A stretch of 64,000 nucleotides of DNA from a virus: IMG/VR virus record IMGVR_UViG_3300031413_000005, positions 32,001-96,000 of that record; one strand, written 5' to 3'. The notes under the pieces were generated by a model. The model made no database searches, had not been told where the DNA came from, and saw only the letters and a list, made by a program, of their open reading frames with translations. The position numbers and the translations under genes are program-made. Positions 55,910 through 63,589 of this stretch are shown in pieces. Each line of letters starts with the position of its first letter. Position 1 is the first letter of the stretch.

Positions 55910-56820
55910 GGCATCACCAGCGGCATGTTCGGGGCCTGTGCGTCGAAGCACCGCAGCGGCAGGATTGCCGGCAGCGGAGCGGCCTGGACGGGGTTCTGGT
56001 AAACCCCGTAGAGCGGGCTCGCTAGGGTCATCTGCTGGAGGTTGTGAAGCACGTCGCGCATGGGCATTGCGGCCACGCGGCGCTCACCCACACCACCCAG
56101 CGATTTGCCGGTCTTCTCCATCGATGAGTTCTTGTAATAGAACGATTTTGTTTGCTCCTCGATCGCCTTACGCTCGGCGATCGGCAGGCTCATAAATTCC
56201 TCCACGAGCGCCTCCAGATCGGCCGGATCGCTGGTGAACGTCGAGCGGAAAAACCGCATGCCCAGGTCGTATTTGTTCGAGCGCATCGGCTTGACGAACG
56301 TGAAGCCGGCGCGGTGCGCGAACAGGTTGTATTTCGACATCGACGACTGGATCTCGATGTAGCGTTTGCCCTCCATCCGAGCGGCCAGATTGGTGAACCG
56401 GTAGGCAAGCCCGGCGCCGCGGTACATCGTGTCGATGACGACGCGCGCCACGACCGACATATTCGCGTTGATCCACTTCATCCGGTATTGGTTCGTCAGC
56501 TTGTTGTCCTCGCCGGTGGGCTTCAGCTTCGGGAAGGCGACGTGCCGCTCCTTCAGCAGAAGCTTCGGGCTTGCCATCACCAGCACACCGACCAGCTCGT
56601 CGCCGAGCTTGAGCGTGAAGTGGTGCGAGCCGGCCGGGAGCGATCCTGCCTGCTTGTAGTGGAGGGCCTCGAGCGTGCGCCAGTCCTCGATCGTGCCGCG
56701 CTGGACGGTCATGTCGTCGAGCAGCGACAGCTTCGGCGTGGCGAGCGAACGCACGACGTCCCAGTGAACTTCCGGGTTGCGCTCCAAGATTCGCGGTTCT
56801 ATGTGTGTGTTATCCACCAT
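55906..56820 (-). CDS. GNAT (Mom-like) acetyltransferase
   Basis: LHYK, VARVVIDTMYRGAGLA acetyl-CoA motif, SMSKYN.F..AGF. Confidence 0.8.
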   Translation of the reverse strand: MVDNTHIEPRILERNPEVHWDVVRSLATPKLSLLDDMTVQRGTIEDWRTLEALHYKQAGSLPAGSHHFTLKLGDELVGVLVMASPKLLLKERHVAFPKLKPTGEDNKLTNQYRMKWINANMSVVARVVIDTMYRGAGLAYRFTNLAARMEGKRYIEIQSSMSKYNLFAHRAGFTFVKPMRSNKYDLGMRFFRSTFTSDPADLEALVEEFMSLPIAERKAIEEQTKSFYYKNSSMEKTGKSLGGVGERRVAAMPMRDVLHNLQQMTLASPLYGVYQNPVQAAPLPAILPLRCFDAQAPNMPLVMP

Positions 56821-57457
56821 GCACCCGATTGATAGAGATACGCTCGTGAAACCTTTTCGTGATGCTCAAGGAAGGCGACAGCTCCTCGATCAGATCCGAG
56901 TGCGTGGTGGCGACGATCAGGGTCTTGCCGTAGGCACGCGCGGCCTTGGCGAGATTCCAAGCCACAATTCTCGCCGTGACGCGATCGAGTACCGCCCCAA
57001 ACTCGTCCGCGACCCAGACGTCGGCATCGCTTTCGATCAGCTTCGCAAGACGGTATCGGTACTTCTGTCCATCCGAGAGCTCACCGGGCTTTCGAATGTA
57101 GAGGTAAGCGTCGGAAAGACCGGCGATGGAAAGCAAGCGGATAGCGTCGGCCATGCTCTCGGGTGCGAGCTGATCTATGATCGCCTTTTCATCGGAGAAC
57201 TCGATAGCGTCGAGATTGGCGACCTTCTGACCCGTGCGCTCCAGCGCGGCGCTCGTCTCACGGAGAAGCACCGACTTGCCGGCGCCCGACTGTCCGTTGA
57301 TGTAGACGACGTCACCCGGCTCAAGGTCAAATTCTACGTTGTCGAGGACCGTGAAGTCCCGGTCTTCCAGCCCAAGCCCAAAGGCTTCGGCCACCTTGAT
57401 GACTCGCTCGCTGCGCGCGGTGCGGGTGGTGAACGACCGATTTAGGGTGATCTTCAT
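56810..57457 (-). CDS. Soluble ABC-type ATPase
   Basis: GQSGAGKS, LSDGQKYR, ADEF, ATTH; no permease nearby. Confidence 0.88.
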   Translation of the reverse strand: MKITLNRSFTTRTARSERVIKVAEAFGLGLEDRDFTVLDNVEFDLEPGDVVYINGQSGAGKSVLLRETSAALERTGQKVANLDAIEFSDEKAIIDQLAPESMADAIRLLSIAGLSDAYLYIRKPGELSDGQKYRYRLAKLIESDADVWVADEFGAVLDRVTARIVAWNLAKAARAYGKTLIVATTHSDLIEELSPSLSITKRFHERISINRVHGG

Positions 57458-57876
57458 GCCTCGTCCTCGTCATACTGGGCCTGGCTGAAGACCTCCTTGA
57501 TGTGGCTTTCGAGCAGCGAGCAGCCGCCCAGGAACAGTGCCATGTGCTCCTCGAGCCCGACCGACATCGCGGTCTGCACCGTGCCCATGTTCGTCTGATT
57601 GCTCTCGACACCGGCCACCAGCGCGACGTGACGGACCTCGCCCTGCTCGACGAGGTCGATGTAATGTTCCAGCAGCGAGATCGTCTCGTCGCGCTCGAGC
57701 TGGCGCATGTCGTCGCCGGTCACGAACGGCTCGCCCTCCACGGCAACCATGTGGTCGGGCTCTGCGACCTCCTCGTCGGTAACAAGAATCATGATCTTCT
57801 GGCCCGGGCCGGGCTTCAGGACGTCCGCGGCGAGGTCGCGCAGCGCTTCCAGGTCTGCGAGCTCAGGGACGTGCAT
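57454..57876 (-). CDS. Hypothetical acidic protein
   Basis: Start MHVPELAD; overlaps both neighbours. Confidence 0.6.
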   Translation of the reverse strand: MHVPELADLEALRDLAADVLKPGPGQKIMILVTDEEVAEPDHMVAVEGEPFVTGDDMRQLERDETISLLEHYIDLVEQGEVRHVALVAGVESNQTNMGTVQTAMSVGLEEHMALFLGGCSLLESHIKEVFSQAQYDEDEA

Positions 57877-58552
57877 TGAGCCACTCCGTGAAGGCTTCAG
57901 CGCCCTTCTTGCCGGTCGCGCCCTCAACCTCGGCCACGAAGCGCTTGAACAGCACCACCTGCGCGACCGGCACGCCGCGGAACCCGAACACCTTCGAGAT
58001 CGGCTGCATGGCGGTGTCCACGGCCGCGACCTTGTCGGCGGTTTCCGCATCCTGGGCGTCGAGCTCGGCGTCGAGATCCTCGGCCAGTCCGCCAAGATCC
58101 ATCGCGCCCAGATCCTCGGTCAGGAAGGCGAGTTCGCGATCGTCGAGGCCAAGGCTCCCCAGATCGACATCGTCGACCATCGAGAGGCGAGCGATTTCCT
58201 CGGCCATGAAGCCGCTGTCGTAATCGGTGCCCTGCGTCTTGTTGTCGGCGATGCGCGCGGCGTCGGCCTGGTTCTTCGTCAAATGCTTGGCGTGACGCAC
58301 CGGGAACTCGACGTGGCCCATCTCGAGCAGGCACGCGTAGCGCTTGTGACCGGCGATCAGAACCCCGTCGACATCGACGATCAGCGTGTTGATGAGACCG
58401 AACTCGCGGATCGACGCGATCGTCTTGTCCTTGTCGGTGCGGCTGTGGATCTTGTTGTTCTTCGCATACGGCGAGATGCGATCAGCCGTCCACATCTCGA
58501 CGGGGAGACGCTGAAGGCCATAGGGGTCATGCGTGTGTGTGTTGTCTGCCAT
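57863..58552 (-). CDS. ParB/Srx N-terminal domain protein
   Basis: PYAKNNKIH, SIREFG, LIAGHKRY, RIADNK. Confidence 0.85.
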   Translation of the reverse strand: MADNTHTHDPYGLQRLPVEMWTADRISPYAKNNKIHSRTDKDKTIASIREFGLINTLIVDVDGVLIAGHKRYACLLEMGHVEFPVRHAKHLTKNQADAARIADNKTQGTDYDSGFMAEEIARLSMVDDVDLGSLGLDDRELAFLTEDLGAMDLGGLAEDLDAELDAQDAETADKVAAVDTAMQPISKVFGFRGVPVAQVVLFKRFVAEVEGATGKKGAEAFTEWLNARP

Positions 58553-58558
58553 GCGCTC

Positions 58559-58720
58559 TCAGCCCAAAAATAGCATGTCGTCGACGCCGGCTGGCTCGAC
58601 TTCTTCGAAAAACTCACCGGCATCGCAGCCGGAGCATGTGCGCACGCGGCCTGCAAACACGCAGTCCTCGCACTCGTCGAACTTCAGCTCGACGTCTTCC
58701 AGATCACGCTGGCGTGGCAT
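58559..58720 (-). CDS. 53-aa CxxC...CxxC protein (not in ORF track)
   Basis: Own translation MPRQRDLEDVELKFDECEDCVFAGRVRTCSGCDAGEFFEEVEPAGVDDMLFLG; fills the gap between the two ParB-like genes. Confidence 0.65.
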   Translation of the reverse strand: MPRQRDLEDVELKFDECEDCVFAGRVRTCSGCDAGEFFEEVEPAGVDDMLFLG

Positions 58721-59405
58721 TGGGGTCGTCCTTGGTGAGAATGTGCATCAAGGCGTCGCCAGCGTTTGTCAGATCGTCGGCATGGCTGAAGCCTTGTGCT
58801 TTCATGACCCCGCCCACGATGGCGCGCGCTCGCGCGGCATCTTGGATCGAAACCTTGAAACGGAGAATGTCGTGGGTCTTCGGCTCCTTCGTGGGAGCCT
58901 GGTCGAGCGTGTCGAGGTCACCGGGCGCGATCGGGTCGTCGTCCAGATCCAGATCGGCCACGTTGACCGACAGGGAGGCGGTGAAGCCCTCCATCTCGCC
59001 GGCCGACCACGGCATGACCATCGCCAGATCGATGTCCTTCAGCGAGCCGAGCAGCTCACCCAGCTTCAGCACGTCGTCGTGACCGTAGCGCGCATTGTCG
59101 AGCAGGCTGATTTCCTGCGCTCGCGCGTCGGGGATGATCCCAAGGTTGATGACGGGGACGGTGTCGAAGTCCAGGTCGCAGGCTTGCTCGACGCGGTGCC
59201 AGCCGCCTAGCGACTGATATTCCCCAGCGGGAAGACCGGCGACCTCGCGCACGACGACCGGGCGGAAGAAGCCGTGCCGCTTGAGCGACTCCTGGATCTT
59301 CAGCTCGTTTTCGTGGCTCACGACGTTCGTGTTCCACGGGTTGGGATGGATGAGACGGGGGTCGACCGCCAGGTGCTCATATTGCGCTGCGGGTGTGTGG
59401 TGCAT
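58704..59405 (-). CDS. ParB/Srx N-terminal domain protein
   Basis: PNPWNTN, SLKRHGF..PVVVR, GGWHR, LDNARYG. Confidence 0.85.
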   Translation of the reverse strand: MHHTPAAQYEHLAVDPRLIHPNPWNTNVVSHENELKIQESLKRHGFFRPVVVREVAGLPAGEYQSLGGWHRVEQACDLDFDTVPVINLGIIPDARAQEISLLDNARYGHDDVLKLGELLGSLKDIDLAMVMPWSAGEMEGFTASLSVNVADLDLDDDPIAPGDLDTLDQAPTKEPKTHDILRFKVSIQDAARARAIVGGVMKAQGFSHADDLTNAGDALMHILTKDDPNATPA

Positions 59406-59496
59406 GCCACACATGATAACCCAAAAACGCCGGCAGATCCACGTCTCTTTACTCAAAGGAGCTATACACAACGCATGGTAGACGACACGCATGCAG

Positions 59497-59525
59497 TTGC
59501 CAAACTACACTCAAACCGGTATGAT
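59497..59525 (+). promoter_or_regulatory. Sigma70-type promoter for the rightward operon
   Basis: TTGCCA-17 bp-TATGAT, immediately after the 24-bp element at 59472; ATG 7 nt downstream. Confidence 0.7.
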
Positions 59526-59532
59526 ATTTCGA

Positions 59533-61101
59533 ATGAACAAGACCGCACAGCTGATCGCGAACCCCGTCGTCGCGCAGGTAAACGGCGTCGATGACGACGT
59601 GCGCCGTCAGCTATCCGACGCCATGAGCTATCAGGTCGAAGGGCACGAGCACATGGGCGCGAACCCCGGCTGGGACGGCCGCTCGACGCTCTACGACTGG
59701 AACTCGAACAAATTCCCGGCAGGCTTCCAGGCAACCGCGGAGGCCGTGCTGAAGGCGAACGGCTACACCGTGCAGCTGGTCAAGAACGCCCTTCCCGCGC
59801 CGCTTGGTCCGATGCCGACCCAGGAGAACAGCCTGGTCGACGACTTCGGGCCGGATGCTCGTTACGACTATCAGTTTCGCGCCCCCGCGATCCTGGAGAA
59901 GCACGGCGCGTATATCGCCCGCTGCGCGACCGGCGCCGGTAAGAGTCGCATCGCGAAGCTCTGCACCAAGCGCATCGGCCGCAAGACGCTGTTCGTAACC
60001 TCGCGCACCGTCCTGCTCTACCAGATGGGTGAGGCTTACGAGGCAGCAGGCTTCAAGGTCAGCTACATTGGCGACGGTTCGTGGGACACGTCGGGCGATG
60101 TCGTGCTGGGCATGGTTAAGACGCTCGCCGATCGCCTGGTCGACCAGCCTGCGGCAAGCATGATGGCGACGCCGGCCGAGATCAACGCAGCGACCGAGCG
60201 TTGGCGTTCGCGCCGCGACGAAGCGCTGAATCTGCTCCACTCGATCGAGTTTGTGATCGGCGAGGAAGCGCACGAGTCTGGCGGCAACAGCTACTACACG
60301 GTGCTCAAGAATTGCCGTCGTGCTGCGTATCGTTTGGCGCTGACCGGCACTCCGCTGATGCGCGACGGTGAATCGAACGCGCGCCTGATCGCGATGTTTG
60401 GACCCATCCGCCTCGAGGTCAGCGAGAAGCAGCTCATCGACAGCGGCATTCTCGCGCGCCCAATCTTCAAGATCATCGACAGCGACGCGCCGCCCACCCT
60501 GAAGCGCGGCTCGGCATGGCAGAAGGCCGACGAGATCGGCATCGTCATGAACCAGTGGCGCAACAAGCGCATCTGCGCGGAGGCCATTCGAGCGTCGCGC
60601 TACGGACTGGGCACGATGATCCTCGTGAAGCGCAAGGCACACGGCGAGATCCTGAAGGCGATCCTCACACGCGCGGGGATGCGGGCGGAATACATCTTCG
60701 GTGACAGCAACAAGAAGAAGCGCGACGAAGCGCTAAAGAAGATGAAGCGCGGCGAGCTCGACGTGCTGATCGGCTCGACCATCCTCGATGTCGGTGTCGA
60801 CGTGCCGGCGATCGGCATGCTGATCCTCGCGGGCGGTGGGAAAGCGGAGGTTGCGACCCGTCAGCGCATCGGCCGCGGGCTGCGCGCTAAGCACAAGGGT
60901 CCGAACGTCTGCTACGTCGTCGACTTCAAGGACGCGAAGAACAGCCACCTCCTGAAGCATAGCCAGACGCGTCTCGCGATCCTCCAGCAGACCGAGGGCT
61001 TCGCCGAGAATATCCTCAAACGGGGCGTCGACTTCAACTTCGCAGGCGACGGCTTTGTAGTCCTCGCCAACGACAACGCGAGCCAGGCAGCAGCAGCGTG
61101 A
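59533..61101 (+). CDS. Superfamily 2 helicase (UvsW/XPB-like)
   Basis: ATGAGKS, EEAH, LTGTP, DVGVDVP, QRIGRGLR. Confidence 0.9.
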   Translation: MNKTAQLIANPVVAQVNGVDDDVRRQLSDAMSYQVEGHEHMGANPGWDGRSTLYDWNSNKFPAGFQATAEAVLKANGYTVQLVKNALPAPLGPMPTQENSLVDDFGPDARYDYQFRAPAILEKHGAYIARCATGAGKSRIAKLCTKRIGRKTLFVTSRTVLLYQMGEAYEAAGFKVSYIGDGSWDTSGDVVLGMVKTLADRLVDQPAASMMATPAEINAATERWRSRRDEALNLLHSIEFVIGEEAHESGGNSYYTVLKNCRRAAYRLALTGTPLMRDGESNARLIAMFGPIRLEVSEKQLIDSGILARPIFKIIDSDAPPTLKRGSAWQKADEIGIVMNQWRNKRICAEAIRASRYGLGTMILVKRKAHGEILKAILTRAGMRAEYIFGDSNKKKRDEALKKMKRGELDVLIGSTILDVGVDVPAIGMLILAGGGKAEVATRQRIGRGLRAKHKGPNVCYVVDFKDAKNSHLLKHSQTRLAILQQTEGFAENILKRGVDFNFAGDGFVVLANDNASQAAAA

Positions 61102-61379
61102 ACACGTCGATCGACCTCACGGTCAAACCGGTGAACATCAAGCTTTCGGTCGCTGCGCACGCGCGCGCCAAAGACATTGCGGCCCGCCACGGGCTCAAGC
61201 TCCAGGACGTCTTCTCGGCTGCGCTGATGGAGATGCCCGAGGCCGACTTAGTGGCCGCGTGTCGCGAGCGCGCTGCGCAAACCGCCAACCTCCCCAAGGC
61301 CATCAGAGGCGTGCTCGCGCAAGCGCACCGCATGTCGCCCGAGGACAAGCAGAAGATCATCGATGCCCTTCTATCCTAA
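61098..61379 (+). CDS. Small RHH-like protein
   Basis: PVNIKLS strand followed by two helices. Confidence 0.5.
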   Translation: MNTSIDLTVKPVNIKLSVAAHARAKDIAARHGLKLQDVFSAALMEMPEADLVAACRERAAQTANLPKAIRGVLAQAHRMSPEDKQKIIDALLS

Positions 61380-61935
61380 GCTGATCGGCGTCGTCGGCCA
61401 CCCGACGCACGGCAAGACGACCGCGCTGCGCGTGATCCAGCGCCTGACCGGTGCGGTGATCTTCGATACGGGCGAACCGCTGCGCCGCGCGTGCATGGAG
61501 CTCTATGGGCTGAGCTGGGAGGACGTCTCGACGCAGGAGGGCAAGGCCCGCATGGTCTATCGCCCCGAGCTGGGCGACACGGTTACCGTGCGTCAGGCGC
61601 TGGGCGACTATGGCAAGATCCTGGAGCGCGAGAGTCCCGACAAGAACATCTGGACAACGATCGCCGTCGACCAGGCCATGCAGACGCTGTTCCCGGTCCT
61701 TGCCTTCGACAGCGTGCGCATGGGCCAGGGCGAGGTGATCCAGAAGCGGGGCGGTATCGTCATCTCGATCGAGGATCCACGCAAGCCCAAGAGCCCGCAC
61801 GACTTCGACCAGTTCGACCCTCGCTTCGTCGACCTATCCATCTCGAACGCCAGCACGCTCGAGCGTTTCGAGCGCAGCATCGAGTTCGCCTTGGCATATT
61901 CGTTTCCCGACGACTGGACAGCTCTAGCCGCTTGA
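61363..61935 (+). CDS. Deoxynucleoside monophosphate kinase-like
   Basis: IGVVG...GKTT, PLR, TVRQAL..YG, DSVR...E. Confidence 0.8.
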   Translation: MPFYPKLIGVVGHPTHGKTTALRVIQRLTGAVIFDTGEPLRRACMELYGLSWEDVSTQEGKARMVYRPELGDTVTVRQALGDYGKILERESPDKNIWTTIAVDQAMQTLFPVLAFDSVRMGQGEVIQKRGGIVISIEDPRKPKSPHDFDQFDPRFVDLSISNASTLERFERSIEFALAYSFPDDWTALAA

Positions 61936-61993
61936 GCGTAACTATCAGCTAACGTATCGGTGCATTTATCGATTAGTTGATAGAAAGATTCGC

Positions 61994-62629
61994 ATGCAGA
62001 TCATTGCCTGTATCAGTCAGAAGGGCGGCGTCGGTAAATCCGTCATCACCCGCCTTCTCGCGCGCGAACTCGCCGCGGCTGACTTCGTCGTAAAGATCGC
62101 TGACCTCGATGTGCAGCAGGCGACGTCGACCCGCTGGATCGGAACCCGGCTCGAGAACGGACACAAGCCCGACATCTCCGGCGCCTTCTACAAGACCGTG
62201 GGCGAAGCTCTGCGCGACGCGGGCGAGACCGAGATCATGATCTTCGACGGCAAGCCCGTCGCTGACCAGCAGGCCACCGAGGTTGCGAAGAAGGCCGACC
62301 TGATCGTCCTCCCTTCCGGCGCGAGCGTCGATGACCTCCGGCCGACCGTCCAGCTGATGCACGCGCTGCTGGGCGCTGGCGTGCCGGCCAAGCGCATGAT
62401 CGTCGTTCTGGTGTCGTCCATGACCCCGGCAACCGAGGCCGACGCTCGCGCGGTCCTCGAGAACGCGGGCATTCGCGTCGCTGCGCGTGCGCTGCGCAAG
62501 CTTCCCAGCTACGAGGTCGCGCTCGGCCAGGGGCAGTCCCCTTCCGAAGCCCGCGGGCGTGCTGACGTCCGCAAGGAGGCGGCAGACGTCGCCGAGGAAA
62601 TCTACAAAGCGCTTCAGGAGACCGAGTGA
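61994..62629 (+). CDS. parA: ParA family partition ATPase (short, type Ib-like)
   Basis: SQKGGVGKS, DLDVQ, ADLIVLP. Confidence 0.9.
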   Translation: MQIIACISQKGGVGKSVITRLLARELAAADFVVKIADLDVQQATSTRWIGTRLENGHKPDISGAFYKTVGEALRDAGETEIMIFDGKPVADQQATEVAKKADLIVLPSGASVDDLRPTVQLMHALLGAGVPAKRMIVVLVSSMTPATEADARAVLENAGIRVAARALRKLPSYEVALGQGQSPSEARGRADVRKEAADVAEEIYKALQETE

Positions 62630-62862
62630 TGCCGATCGAGAAACCCGTGCGCAAGCCGCGCATCGACCTTGGCGACATCACGCCGCCCGCGGCGCTGTCG
62701 AGCGCGACCGACCCGAAGGAATATTACAGCGTCCGCATCCCCGCCTCGCTCATGAAAGCGATCCGGCAGGCGCAGGCCCGCGAGGGGCACAACCAGGGCT
62801 ACAAGCATTTCACCGAGATCATGACCGAGTATCTCAGGAATAAGCACCCCGACCTGCTCTGA
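62626..62862 (+). CDS. Small partition partner (ParG-like RHH)
   Basis: 78 aa after parA; flexible N-terminus then YSVRIP strand and helices. Confidence 0.6.
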   Translation: MMPIEKPVRKPRIDLGDITPPAALSSATDPKEYYSVRIPASLMKAIRQAQAREGHNQGYKHFTEIMTEYLRNKHPDLL

Positions 62863-62867
62863 ACAAC

Positions 62868-62895
62868 GGGCGCGCGAGATTGCACTTGCGCGCCC
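62868..62895 (+). terminator. Hairpin after the par operon
   Basis: gggcgcgcgag / cttgcgcgccc; U-tract is weak. Confidence 0.5.
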
Positions 62896-62930
62896 AATAT
62901 CTCATCGCTAGTGCATAGTGAATGACACAC

Positions 62931-63215
62931 ATGCACCACGAGGCGGCTATCGAATTAGAGCGCGATTACCCGCCCGTCATCGACGCGTTCGTTCTCCATG
63001 ACGAGGGCGCAGCGCACTCGGCCTTCCTCGTTGGAGCCCTCGCGAACGTCGACGAGACGCTGCTCGCAGATGGTTATGACCAGATGCGCTTGGGCCAGGC
63101 GCATGCAAGCCGCTCGCTCGACCTGATCCGGCTCTGCGATCGCCCGACAGCACGCTACCTGATGCTGATGAACGCGAAGCTGTGGCTCGACCAAGCGAAG
63201 TCGTTAGGCGAATGA
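62931..63215 (+). CDS. Hypothetical protein
   Basis: Start codon lies within the 24-bp element at 62912. Confidence 0.55.
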   Translation: MHHEAAIELERDYPPVIDAFVLHDEGAAHSAFLVGALANVDETLLADGYDQMRLGQAHASRSLDLIRLCDRPTARYLMLMNAKLWLDQAKSLGE

Positions 63216-63589
63216 GCCCGCGTCTCAAGGCTTTGAAGGCCAAGGCAACCAAGCGCTTTATCGCTTTCGTGATGATCCACTGCTCCACCCTGCGGGTCAG
63301 CTACAGCACGCTGATCGCCGAGCGCAACGCCCTTCGCAGGGACCTTGATGCACTAGAAGCGCGTCACACGCCGCTGATGGATGCAGCCTCGCGCTTCAAC
63401 CGCATGCTCGACAACACGCACACACAGCGGCCCGGGTCGATCCAGTTGGTGATCGCCGACGAGCCCCTCGCACTCGCCTTCAAGACCAAGCTGAACAACC
63501 TCGTCCTCGCAGTCGAGGGGAAGCCGCTCACTGATGACCCTTTCTTCGACCTGCCGGTGTCGGCCGGTCCCAGCCGCAGGATGCACTGA
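63212..63589 (+). CDS. Hypothetical protein
   Basis: ATGA overlap at the start (MSPRLK); contains an internal element-like sequence at 63401. Confidence 0.55.
   Translation: MSPRLKALKAKATKRFIAFVMIHCSTLRVSYSTLIAERNALRRDLDALEARHTPLMDAASRFNRMLDNTHTQRPGSIQLVIADEPLALAFKTKLNNLVLAVEGKPLTDDPFFDLPVSAGPSRRMH

Larger units (their letters stand above)
3247..63424. repeat. Dispersed 24-bp element, about 26 copies (putative operator)
   Basis: Plus-strand consensus TGCATGTGTGTYGTCTACCATGCA at 3247, 6696, 7891, 8505, 12455, 13905, 16599, 17593, 21033, 22398, 24040, 24746, 25768, 31588, 35639, 41354, 42469, 45804, 46803, 47662, 53471, 55358, 56800, 58532. Reversed copies at 59472, 62912, 63401. Some copies are degenerate. 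Confidence 0.92.

Noticed and set aside
56810-57457. ABC transporter
   Set aside because: No permease or binding protein is nearby, and the gene is coupled to a GNAT.
432-58573. Many long plus-strand ORFs (for example 432-1898, 9317-11077, 27294-29156, 39400-41088, 41361-43085)
   Set aside because: They are antisense shadows of high-GC minus-strand genes and carry no recognisable motifs.
57863-59405. ParB-like genes as the partition system
   Set aside because: They show only the N-terminal ParB/Srx domain and are not linked to parA, which has its own small partner.
3247-63424. 24-bp element as an integron attC site, CRISPR repeat or lox/dif-type recombinase site
   Set aside because: It has no GTTRRRY core and no recombinase is in the window. 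The arms (6 bp) are short relative to the spacer (12 bp), and the spacer is degenerate between copies, which would block tyrosine-recombinase exchange.
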